A stretch of DNA of 64,000 bases from Tubiluchus corallicola (taxonomy: Eukaryota > Animalia > Priapulida). The stretch covers positions 164,219-228,218 of the forward strand of contig JAQGDQ010000374.1 of assembly GCA_030141605.1 (NCBI GenBank), given 5' to 3'. Of this stretch, positions 54,901 to 64,000 are shown piece after piece. The notes beneath the pieces are model-generated. The model saw only the letters and a list, made by a program, of their open reading frames with translations, had not been told where the DNA came from and searched no databases. The first letter of the stretch is position 1; the number at the start of each line of letters is the position of its first letter. A program made the position numbers and the translations under genes.

Positions 54901-56068
54901 GGCAATATGGGACTATTGTGACATTTATACACATAGTCCGTCAGCAACCCCCCACCCCACCCGGAAATAGGCAGTGGCAACACGGCAGTGGAAGTGGCCC
55001 AAAAGCAGCTTTCTCAGCAGTCGCCCATTCAGTTGATAACTAGGTCTATCATTGCTTAATTTTGTTTGCTAAGCACGTATTATGATCACTCAGTTGTTGC
55101 CTTGGGATTATGTTTTTCGTGTGAAAAGCAAATTAATCGTAAAAGTCTACTATATGTGTATATGTCTACTGCAGACACGTGTTTGACACTTTGGCAGTAT
55201 GGCTGCAGATCTGCCCGATGGACTTGGAAGCGAGCATTGTGATCCAAGAGAACCTCCGAGAGATGCTGCGCACAGCTGCTACCATGGGAACAGAATATCA
55301 ACAAAGATGTGATGAAATGATTCAGTTATCAAAGCTTCAGGTACTGAGTATATATAATACTGTGTGTAACATTTATGATGAGTAAGTTATGTCTTGACTT
55401 CCCAGATGAAAACATGCTTTTAGTTCATGCAGATAAGAAAAACTCGGTTTAGCAAACAAGTGGATATCCCAGGCACATTCTATTGATTTCTTTTATCCGT
55501 AATGTACTATTGTCAACATTTTCTAGAAACTACCTCATCTGTTGTGATTTATAATGGCTAAAAATCACGTGACGTTCCCTTAGGTGACTTTTTCCTAAAG
55601 TCAGTTTATGTCTGAATAGACGAACAAAGTTTAATAGAACATCATCTAGTGAAATCACTATGACTTACAAAGTTAGACGTAACGTTGCCGGGTTCATTTT
55701 TGTTCCATCTTGTACTGCTATCGGACACATGCACAGAAAGTTAAAGCGCTTACAGTGACTGTTGTTTACTGGCTTTTGTTTTGACTGGAATTCTATGGGG
55801 TTCATCAGTTGGTGATACTGATATAGTATTTTGGGCTTATGGTAGTTGTTGACCTTATGAAAGTCACGCAATATGCACAGTTTCTTATGATACCCTTGTT
55901 TGTTTTGCCTGTTCTTGTCATACTGTCACAACTTTTGCATCAAAAATGACCACTTTAGTTAGAAATGATTTGTTTTTTAGAAAAGTGTTTGATTTGTTTG
56001 TGTAGGATCCATCGGAAAGCAGTGAATGTCACGATGAATTATCAAAAATAGATGCCGAATACACCAAG
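27462..56068 (+). CDS. PLCE1: multi-exon gene, 5' part; phospholipase C-epsilon-like / RasGEF (REM) protein, continues beyond the last exon found
   Basis: 13 GT-AG exons with concordant phases give 885 uninterrupted codons. Motifs CTPSQRYRHCTYHCLQLLSARIL and LPSDEWFYTNHTTKYAKCVKHHAARILVCLG are recalled from invertebrate PLC-epsilon N-termini; REM-like segments FLLCMPVALHPLILVRLL and RHVFDTLAVWLQICPMD. Catalytic domains are not seen in the window, so the name is inferred. Confidence 0.6.
29168..29367. repeat. 67-bp tandem repeat, 3 copies
   Basis: GTAGTGAACAGAGTAAACTC at 29168, 29235 and 29302. Confidence 0.95.
29475..30270 (+). mobile_element. internally deleted Tc1/mariner transposon
   Basis: TA flanks; imperfect TIRs (TATCGGGTCGCGCGGAAAAAATGTA / TACATTTTTGAGCCACCAGATG); frameshifted transposase C-terminus EELKAKIVECWKQI...WRNCLR/VCSENGGHIQYLL* at ~29911-30049. 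Confidence 0.8.
32006..32141 (+). CDS. exon, PLC-epsilon-like gene
   Basis: CTCTTACAG|DASPSPEGQPEK...THSSSGTS|GTTGGT, phase 0 to 1. Confidence 0.75.
32475..32808. mobile_element. hAT-type MITE
   Basis: TIR TAGGGGTGAGCAT / ATGCTCACCCTTA; perfect 8-bp TSD CTGATCAG; subterminal TTCGA repeats. Confidence 0.9.
33243..33442 (+). CDS. exon, PLC-epsilon-like gene
   Basis: TTTTCTAG|(V)MGDKQDFDEVEY...LMKQLIQ|GTAAG, phase 1 to 0. Confidence 0.9.
33821..34055. repeat. compound (TAA)/(TAG)/(TAGTGG) microsatellite
   Basis: Directly visible. Confidence 0.95.
36270..36525 (+). CDS. exon, PLC-epsilon-like gene
   Basis: TTTTAG|TAYENFLKNPASREKQ...SEAASQ|GTTTGT, phase 0 to 1. Confidence 0.88.
36648..37601. 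mobile_element. hAT-type MITE, probably with a nested insertion
   Basis: TIR CAGGGATGTTGTC / GATAACATCCCTG; 8-bp TSD ATTTATTG / ATTTGTTG (7/8). Confidence 0.75.
38510..38701 (+). CDS. exon, PLC-epsilon-like gene
   Basis: TTTGTGCAG|GTKWWRGPSP...FSPYEIISDI|GTAAGT, phase 1 to 1. Confidence 0.88.
39717..39807 (+). CDS. exon, PLC-epsilon-like gene
   Basis: TTGCTCAG|DPASILTIMHNAITLHKRVVGTRVYCTPSQ|GTAAGC, phase 1 to 2. Confidence 0.9.
39929..41597. repeat. 22-bp satellite, ~75 copies, intronic
   Basis: Unit AGACATGATCTGCAGGT[C/T]GGCT. Confidence 0.97.
42184..42706 (-). mobile_element. Kolobok-type element, more diverged copy
   Basis: Colinear with the family, with an internal deletion; flanks CTAA / TTAG. 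Confidence 0.85.
43209..43691. mobile_element. Tigger/pogo-type MITE
   Basis: TA-CGGCGAACCTCTGGTATAAGG ... CCGTATATCCAAGGTCGACTG-TA; repeated ATAAGGGAC subterminal motifs. Confidence 0.75.
45088..45235 (+). CDS. exon, PLC-epsilon-like gene
   Basis: CTAAG|(R)YRHCTYHCLQLLSARIL...DSTHDP|GTAAGT, phase 2 to 0. Confidence 0.9.
45694..45899. repeat. (GA)n microsatellite
   Basis: Directly visible, ~200 bp. Confidence 0.97.
46275..46612 (+). mobile_element. truncated copy of the Harbinger-type MITE
   Basis: Homologous to the left part of 51204-51728. Confidence 0.7.
47251..47585. repeat. 65-bp tandem repeat, 5 copies, abutting a splice acceptor
   Basis: Register positions 47261, 47326, 47391, 47456, 47521. 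Confidence 0.95.
47589..47835 (+). CDS. exon, PLC-epsilon-like gene
   Basis: TTTTCAG|QLLCFVLQCLSTVALNP...LPSDEWFYTNH...VYLFDNL|GTAAG, phase 0 to 1. Confidence 0.92.
48193..48739 (-). mobile_element. Kolobok-type non-autonomous DNA transposon
   Basis: TTAA TSDs; colinear with the family. Confidence 0.9.
49136..49287 (+). CDS. exon, PLC-epsilon-like gene
   Basis: TTTCAG|EEDNTTLSQSTEDTYIEAVC...ELVHFLE|GTAAGT, phase 1 to 0. Confidence 0.88.
49383..49790 (-). mobile_element. solo LTR with 5-bp TSD
   Basis: TGTGAAAGTT...AACTTGCACA termini; perfect CAGTT TSD; TATA and AATAAA on the minus strand; homologous to 3183-3528. Confidence 0.88.
49957..50031 (+). pseudogene. tRNA-derived sequence (SINE head or tRNA pseudogene, Thr-TGT-like)
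   Basis: A-box-like TGACCTAGTGTT, anticodon arm CTGCCTTGTAAACAG, B box GGTTCAAATCC; stems mismatched. Confidence 0.55.
50492..50912. mobile_element. hAT-Charlie-type MITE
   Basis: Perfect 14-bp TIR CAGGGGTGTGCAAA; perfect 8-bp TSD CTCTAGCA; subterminal CGGGCC repeats. Confidence 0.93.
51204..51728 (+). mobile_element. PIF/Harbinger-type MITE with internal duplication
   Basis: TIR AGCCCTTTCACTGTTC / GAACTGTGAAAAGGCT; 3-bp flanks ATA / TTA; second copy at 46275. Confidence 0.7.
51841..52362 (+). CDS. exon, PLC-epsilon-like gene
   Basis: TTTTTGCAG|KYTKRKMGDD...LEHFLLCMPVALHPLILVRLL...ESKSQ|GTAACG, phase 0 to 0. Confidence 0.9.
52593..52964 (+). mobile_element. RTE (BovB-like) LINE fragment with long TSD
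   Basis: LKGKVY*EVVRPALIY...EIRMLR*MVGITRRDKIRN; (GAA)n tail; TSD AGTGTATTAGTATTATTCTG at 52573-52592 and 52965-52984. Confidence 0.88.
53092..53468 (+). CDS. exon, PLC-epsilon-like gene
   Basis: TTTTTAAG|VNISRPSVSDDDDVDTEIQDIIRFQ...MPTLH|GTATGG, phase 0 to 2. Confidence 0.88.
53611..54188. mobile_element. Tigger-type MITE
   Basis: TA-CATTGTTCCCTCGCTACTTCGCGG ... CACAATAAGTGAAGGAACACTG-TA. Confidence 0.8.
55175..55340 (+). CDS. exon, PLC-epsilon-like gene (REM-like helix)
   Basis: CTGCAG|(R)HVFDTLAVWLQICPMDL...LSKLQ|GTACTG, phase 2 to 0. Confidence 0.88.
56006..56068 (+). CDS. exon, PLC-epsilon-like gene
   Basis: TTGTGTAG|DPSESSECHDELSKIDAEYTK|GTAAGA, phase 0 to 0. Confidence 0.8.
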
Positions 56069-56470
56069 GTAAGAGTTGTCAATTTTTAAAGGTCGGCTTT
56101 GATTAAAGCTTGATATTTTTCTTGTGCTGGTCAATATAAAAACTTGTTAACTTTTAAATAAAATTTTGTGTAACATTTGTGAAAGCATTTATCACACTGC
56201 TTAACATAATGCTTGATAATTGCTCCTCCATCTTTGATCCGTGCAGATGCCTTCTCGGGTGATAAAGAGGAATTTTTATTTTTGCCTAGTACATTAGTTA
56301 TACTAAAATGGAAAGGTTACATACTGACAAAAGGTTTCTGAGTGGTATATTCATTAGTATTCGTAGGTTTCTAGTTGCAGGGTGTCACAATAATACTTCA
56401 ACTTGAATACACAAATGTAACAATATTCTCTTGCAAAGTGACATCTATTAAGTAACATTTTTTAATTTAG

Positions 56471-56585
56471 TTTGCATTGTCTGCTGCACAATAGACCATT
56501 TTGCATTGTCTTCTGCACAATAGACCATTTTGCATTGTCTTCTGCACAATAGACCATTTTGCATTGTCTGCTGCACAATAGACCA
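56471..56585. repeat. 29-bp minisatellite, 4 copies
   Basis: Unit TTTGCATTGTCT[G/T]CTGCACAATAGACCAT. Confidence 0.9.
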
Positions 56586-59346
56586 CACAAGGAATTGCTG
56601 CTACTCGTTTCTTAAACAAATAACTACTGACCCTGTAAGTGACAAATTAATGGTGTCATACATCAAAATAGTTGCAAATGATTAGTGAATGTATTGTGAT
56701 AAACAAATGTGTACTTCTTAATGAGCAAGAAAAATACAACTATGAAACAAAATTCCACTATAAAAAATTTTTAATTTTATCATGTACACTACAATTAGAT
56801 GAAAAAAGACACACATGAAAACTAAGATTTTTTTTATTTTTGTAAAATAATGCAAAAAGCAGGTTTGTTAAAACTTTAGTACTGAAAAACCAAATGAGAA
56901 ATTTGACAAAAGACATACGAGTCGTGAAATATATAAAACCCTCAGCACAGAAAGAATTAATTTTTATGCAAATATAAGACGAAATTGAGTTTAGCTGTTT
57001 GTCGTGTGGTGAAATGTACCTGCTAGTGGTTAAACAACACAATATTTGTGCTTTGATGTCTCCTGTTTAAGGTAATCAATGCGCCCATTAAACAGAATGC
57101 TTTCAGTGTGTGTTGCCATGCCTCTTTTGCCATCTAAACTGTTTACTATTGCACAGTTGGCATTTTCTGAAAAAGTTTTGCTGCGACTCATAACGTATTT
57201 GCGTTTCTCATAAGTGCAGATTATGAATTTGAACTGGTAAATATATTTAACCAATTGATTTGAGAAGGGAATTATGGAATAACAAAAATAGAATATGTCA
57301 TGATACAAAAAGTATATATACACATGCACTCATATATATATTTATATCATTTTTACTCGTGGTACAGATGTATATTTCGTAAATGGCTTTTATGCGTAGG
57401 CCTACTGTGCAGGACATGCGCTAAATACAAGTCCAACAGTCTTTTAGATGTAATTTATGATTTTTTATTGTCCAAAATGGGCAATCATCGTCTCATCCCA
57501 AAATCACTATCACATCACGACATATTTGACTGACTGACTAACTGACATATTATATTATGTGCGACTCGTCTTCGTTTTATCTGAAGCAAATAAAAACAGT
57601 TTCTGCTAAACAAATGTCAAAATGATAATTAACTGCTATAATGAAAATGTGTAATAATATTATGAAATATGAAGAAATCAAACTTACATCTTTGCCGCAT
57701 CTTACTAACTTGCTAAAGAGAACTCGACTGACAAAATTTTGTTATAAAACGACGCGACGTACTGAACACGAATGACTTCTTTCCTATCCTGTCTGCAAAA
57801 TGAGGCCAATGGCCTATTTCCTGTCCTAGCTCACCTGTCTATCAATAGCCTAAATTTGCAAAAAACAAACAAAAGGAGGCACCACGTGCTTATATCCAAA
57901 ACACCTACACTGAAATTTTTTTTCAAATGTTCAACAGCCAAGACACGGATACTTTGCTTTAATTACCTGCATAATAATTGTTATCTACATCACGGTTGAG
58001 GTAATTTATCGACACGTTTTTGTCTCTTGTTTCACTAATTGACGTTGGAAACCTGAAACAGTCGTAGGTTGTATGCTATCATTTTTGTCCTTCGCTCGTC
58101 ATTCTTGTGGGAATTGTTGGCTTAGAATTTAGGTAAATGTCAGAGCTGCATTAGTGCCTAGTAATCTATGGAATCATTTTTGGTAAAAGCGTGTGTATTG
58201 CACGTAATGTAAGCGTAGGCTGTGCTACAGGTGTTCATTCTGTGCTGTTATTAAGCTTTTTCTCGTCTTACTGGGCAGAGCAGTTATTCTGATAACATTC
58301 ATCAATGACATTAAATATTGCATTGCATTAACTGCACAGTAGTTTTGTAGCTATTCATGTGAATGCAGCTTAATGATTATAGTGATTATTGTCAGTTTTT
58401 AAGTTCACAGCTGACAAGACGCAAACTTTTTATTACACATCTAAGCTTAAAATGTTCAGTGATTGAGAAACCTGTGTATGACACGTATTCTGAAAATTTA
58501 GTGCGGCTATAATTGGTTCGGTTTTTGAAAGTGCAAAAGTTGCAATTTAGATTTTTTTGTATTTTTACCAAACCGTGATTTTCTTGACACACTGGTACAC
58601 TCGCACCACGTTCTGGCGGTGATGCACTGAAACCATTAGCAGAGCCGATGAATACCACAATGAAGGAAATGGAGCAATAGTCTCGGCATGTATTCTGAAT
58701 GACTTTTGTTGGCTTAGGTTAAATAAGTAATGAGATGTGAGACTGGCAGTGAAAATTTAACTTTGTAAATGAGTGTACAGAATACAGATTGTAGAATGAT
58801 CAGTAAAATTAAACAGAAGATCCTCTATTATTAACATTGCTAAAAACCATTATAAATGCAAAAAAAACTTTGCGAAAGTGTAGCCATTGTTATCGTAAAA
58901 TGTTAATATTGGTTTACCATGCAGAACATTTTCTAGGCCTGCGCATGTGTCACCTGCAAGCTCAGCAACCCGTAAAAGGGTTTGTGACATACAAACACAT
59001 ACAGGGAGGACCATTAAAGTCATATTTCATGTTATCACTACTGATCTAAGCACTTGTAATTTATGAGTACTCGATTGAGCCTGCTCGAATTTCGACAGTA
59101 TGAAAAGTGTGGATCTAGATTTTGTGGGTAGTTCATTATTGAAGTGTTTAGTTTCCTTATTGCAATTGGCAATTGTACAAATTGAAACATCATTTTTGCT
59201 AATTATGTAATTTTGCATTTATGTAAATTCATTTTATATAAAAACAATCACAAAGCAAAGACACGACAGTGCACATCTGTACCTAAAAAAATTACAATGA
59301 AAATTTCATGGATCTTGTTCAAAGGCTGACTACTTGTTGCCTTTAA

Positions 59347-59894
59347 AGGAAGACCGGACGATTGTTTAGACTCAATCTCATTTTAATTTACTGCCCAAAA
59401 CATACATTTTCTTGCCTATAAAAGTTAACAATTGTTTCTTATATTTGAATAATTAGCTTAGAAAGTTAAGTAACGGCAACCGAACATAGCTATTGCTTAC
59501 GTCAGAAACTAACCACAGTCTGTGCAATGGCAGGCGTCTTCCCTTGTGCGTCAAGCACATTTGCATAGGTGTTACAGTACTGCTTAAACGCATGATGTCA
59601 CGAAAATGAGCTTTACATCATATGATGTCAGAAACTAACACTGCAGTTCATGATCATGCTTATCACGGTACCGCCTTCTATTTGTCAGCCACGCGAATGT
59701 GGCAAAAAGGCGCCGCTGCCAATCTTAATAGATTCACTGAGCCGCGCGTAGCTTTGAAAGTTTAACGAAATTTGAGTATCCGAGGTAATTATTATTTAAT
59801 CTAAGCTTTGATTTAAAAAAAGCTATTGTAGTTTTCAATATTTTGGAGCATTCTTTATTCTGAACTCGTGTTTACACAATCATCCGGTTTTCCT
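59347..59894 (+). mobile_element. Kolobok-type non-autonomous DNA transposon (reference copy)
   Basis: TTAA-AGGAAGACCGGACGATTG ... CAATCATCCGGTTTTCCT-TTAA, 548 bp; RR...YY termini with TTAA TSD are the Kolobok signature. Confidence 0.92.
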
Positions 59895-60879
59895 TTAAGA
59901 AATACACTCTTCCAACAAAGGCCATTTTGACGAAGCTTGGCATTCGCAACTTACCTTTTATTTTTGTAATTTCATAAGTCAACGATTTTGAGCGAGCTTC
60001 GTTAATTTCAGCTTTTGGGAAAAGAGATGAAGATTAAGAAAAATGCAACTTCATAGGTCATTTTGTAGTAAAGTTTTAGTTTGCAGCATTGTATGCCATG
60101 CCCAATCATTATAAGAAATAATAAGATATTTCTTCAGTGTAACTTGATTGAGCAAAGATCGTTTACAACTAGGTCCTGATTGGTAAACAGTTTGTAAACA
60201 ATATTCAGGTTTATACCAAAAAAAAACATGTCAAAATTTAAAAGCATCTCAAAAAGACAAGATTTAAAAGGCACAGTATAATTAATTAGAATAACACTTT
60301 TGATGTAAAGCTTTAAGGTGACCTTTAAACAAGTTAATATTGCTACTGTTTCTTAATTGAGTTGACAAAGAATTCCGTACTTTACCCCCCCCCCCCTGTA
60401 GTTTAGAGATTTTTGTTCAGCTTGTGTTCGGCATAACGGTATTTGTAATTCATTTCTTGTGACTGACCTGGTTCGATACTGAAGCAAATATTCAAAAAAA
60501 GTGTTTATTTAAAGGAGTTTGGTCACTTTTAAGTATTTTATACATAAAGCATTCCATATGCATTTCCTGTGGTAACCAGTTTAATTCTCTGTGTTAATCA
60601 AAATTCTCATTTTGATTTTCTTTTTAATTCTTATGTGACCATTTTGACTTAGAAAGATTAGTATAGAAAAATGAAGATGAAGAGGCTGTTGCAGTCATCA
60701 CGATGCTGTCAGCAACGAGAAAGCTACTGCCTAACTTCGGCTAACGTACATGCACTATACTATGTGTGTATATACATTGCCCAAATTTCTGACTTGATTG
60801 GATGCATTTTTGAGTTTGGACATGGTTTCTGTAACTATGTAGGTAGACAGGTTTAGCAGGAGAAATAAACAAAGCATGT

Positions 60880-61450
60880 GAGGTAGACGTAAACAGAATC
60901 CTGGAAGGCGTGAAATGTTACCATTCCAGGTTTTCCAGAATGTTCCCAGTCTATGATTAGCTTGAACAGCCTCCCTTTATGGCAAACTTTCTAAACTATG
61001 GGTTATGGCTACGTATACTGATGTTGAACGAATTGTAAAAATCCTTTCTCTATTGTTGCATTAAAATTGGGCTGCATGGAAGATTAGTTTGTTTTCAAGA
61101 AGTTGGCATTGGCATATTATCCATTGAACTGCACCTTCAGAAAGTCACGTGAGATGAGAAAATGTTAATTGTAGAAGTGAACAAGACTTTGCACAATCTA
61201 GAAGGGGTCTAAAATGAGTCATCATTGGACATGATTGTAGAGTCTACGTTGGGCCCTCTTGCTCAGTGTTCTGCACGTATTTCAATTGAAGGTCCTTCCA
61301 GGTTCATCCCTACATGGTTCCAGGCTTTCCTGAATTTCCTCACCATATCTGTCTCTTGGTTTTGTCTCACACGTGCCACATCAAAATGCACAATTGTGGA
61401 ATTGCGACATCGACTGGGGATATGGTCTCAACCTTTTCACAACATCTAAT
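60880..61450 (-). mobile_element. highly decayed LINE reverse-transcriptase region (CR1-like)
   Basis: Remnant *KVCHKGRLFKL resembles the DKVWHKGLLFKL motif; many stops. Confidence 0.35.
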
Positions 61451-63639
61451 GCTCGTTAATTCATAATGTGGTTATTCTGACTAATACTTTCATTCGAATT
61501 TTTCTAATTTTCTAAACTGACATAGTTTTATCTTGAAACTGAGTAAACACTCGTATTTTCCACATGTGGCACATCGGCAGGGTTTTTCACCAGTATCAAG
61601 GTTACATATGTATTGCAGTCTTCTCAAAACGTTAAATCTTAAACATTTATTTTTCTCTATCAGCTTTGTCTAACATATTTTGAACATTGAATAAAAATAC
61701 ATATGTATATATGTATAAAAAACTAAAGTAACATTACACAATACATTGAGAAAGTAGGTTAAAATATGCGTATTACACAATACACGTTGCTAAACTTTTG
61801 TCATTGTTGAGACATCTTCCGTGTTCAAGCTATCGAATAAATGTGTTTCTCTGAATGGGAGGTTGTATAAAAGTTATTCTATCATCCTCTTACGTCTTCG
61901 CCAAACAGCGGCAGGTAATAAAACTGAACAAGCACCATAATCCCTTAAAGCTGCGGATGCAATCGGAGAAAGTTATTGTTTTATCACCGCATATTTTAAC
62001 CTACTTTCTCAATGTTTTTGTCATTTTTGGGAAGAGAGAGTGTATGTAGATTTCGTGGTTGATCCGTTTCTTGGAGGATTGTAAGAGAATCCTTATCTCT
62101 GATAATTGCGTTAACTGGCTAGATTCCGGTCCTGGCGCAATGATGGACTTTAGTAGATGGGTGCATCAAATCCAAAGAGGTTCTAAAACTACTTAAATTG
62201 GGTACGTCTTCAGTTAAACCGTGGATCCTGACTTGCAATGTGCGTGGCTGCATGAAAGACAACATGTTTAGACTCAGAGAGATAAAAGCAGTTTTTATTG
62301 TTTATCTATCAAGGTAACTTACAATTTTTCTTCCTCTGCTGTTCCACTGACTGCATTTGCTGTGTAATTCAACGAATCTTGTAACCGGGCACGCTGCGGT
62401 CAAGCTTGGACCAAGAATGTGCAAGATTCATTTAACCATAATAAACATTGGCGTTTAGCAGTCTTGCTGTGTGCGCTTGTGTTTATAAGTGATTCGTGTT
62501 CTTAATGTGCGTAATTCAGCGTGCAATTACACTGAAGCCAAGTTTTCAAATATTGAAGCCAGATACTTTGATTTAAGAGCGCAATTTTGCTGTTTCTTTT
62601 TTGGTAGAGAGCGCCAGCTTGCTCGTGTTTTGCGGTTCAAGATTTAATTTTACATTCTTTCCTTTCATTGTAGTTATATTGTAGTCATCATTCTCATTTT
62701 TTGACAAGATATACATGATTAGTTCCTAAGCTAGCCACCAAGACTGGAAATCGTCAAGAATCTGGAGTACTCCTTTTGAAATTGACATCTGCTGCTTGTT
62801 GAATTTACTAAAGACACACTTTTTCGCCCCTTCATTCCTCAAATTCGCCTCTTCATTCTTCAAACTCAGATAGCGTCGTCTCTTTTGTTTTGCTCATCAG
62901 AGCTGATCCGGGTTTACCGCTAAATGTGCTGTAATCATCATCATTACCGTCATCATTGTTGTCGTCATTGTCATTGTTATCGCCGTCATCTTCATTGTTA
63001 CTACCATCACCATACCCGGTTGCCATTATCGTTTTGCCGTGCAGTATCATCCGCTATGTCCTGTCACGTGACCGCCTTCAAATACTGATTGAGTAATTCA
63101 TTTAATAATCGATGTGTGCAGTTAATGATCAAGCTTTGTTTGCCTGCAAAATCACAGACATAGCTCACAGAAGACATTCTAGAATTTGCTTCTATTATAG
63201 CTAACTATTCTAGCAGTAAGACTTTATGCATAATGTCTAAAACGTGCTGGGAGACTTCTTATTTTGGCGGTACGCGTATTTTGGTTTATCGAAAAAGACA
63301 TCTAATTAGTATTGCATCGTATGCAGCCGTTTGCTGTAGGCCTAGGAGACTCAGGAAGATCTCCTATGCTTGCTATCACACCAGAGTGGTAAGTTGTAAG
63401 AAATAAATATTCTTGAGTTTTACATTTTTTTACAAATACTTTCATAACCAAAACTGTGAGCTACTGGGTATAATGGCTGTATGAAGAAAATGTTGTATAA
63501 AAACGTTGGATACAAGTAACTGGTGTGAAATGGAAATGATTTGGGTCTAGTACTGACTCAAAAACTTGCTAAAATAGAAATTAAAGAAGTATAAAATTAA
63601 AATAAAGAAGAAAATAAAAAAATGGTCAAATAAGAATTA

Positions 63640-63965
63640 AAGAAAATCAAATGAGAATTTGATTAACACAGAAGAATTAAATTGGTTACCACAGGAAACG
63701 CATATGACATGCTTTATGTATAAAATACTTAAAAATCACCAAAATCCTTTAAATAAACAACTTTTTAAATACTCACATCAGTATCGAACCAAGTCAATCA
63801 CAAGAAACGAATTACAAATACCGTTATACCGAACACAAGCTGAACAAAAATATCCAAACTACGGGCGTCTAAAGTATGGAATTCTTTGTCAACTCAATTA
63901 ATAAACAGTAGCAATATTAACTTGTTTAAAGCACCTTAGAGCTTCACATCAAAAGTATTATTCTA
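63640..63965 (+). mobile_element. L2/Crack-type LINE 3' fragment
   Basis: ELNWLP...FMYKILKN...HQYRTKS...LQIPLYRT, then WNSL in a shifted frame. Confidence 0.65.
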
Positions 63966-64000
63966 ATTAATTATACTGTGCTTTTTAAATCTTTTCTTTT

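Noticed and set aside
62050-62312. Further exon of the PLC-epsilon-like gene
   Set aside because: AG and GT sites exist, but no convincing open, phase-compatible frame with RasGEF-like sequence.
62853-63050. Acidic 65-aa ORF
   Set aside because: Mostly a degenerate (GAT/AAC) trinucleotide tract followed by multiple stops.

Overview
AT-rich, repeat-dense eukaryotic DNA, most likely from an invertebrate metazoan; nothing here looks prokaryotic and there is no CRISPR array. Two spliced genes can be reconstructed by eye. (1) A minus-strand two-exon gene (11297-11281 joined to 8465-7508) encodes a ~324-aa secreted Gln/Gly/Phe/Asn/Ser-rich low-complexity protein that I do not recognise. (2) A plus-strand gene has at least 13 phase-consistent coding exons (27462-56068, 885 codons, open at the 3' end) and resembles the N-terminal part of an invertebrate phospholipase C-epsilon-like RasGEF protein. 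The rest is mostly mobile DNA: a full-length 5S-rRNA-headed SINE with an RTE-like body and tail and a TSD; five near-complete copies of a TTAA-flanked Kolobok-type element; piggyBac, hAT, Tigger, Tc1/mariner and Harbinger-type MITEs; solo LTRs with 5-bp TSDs; LINE 3' fragments; decayed Penelope-type hammerhead motifs; and many mini/microsatellites, some with higher-order structure. Family names come from recalled signatures, not database searches.
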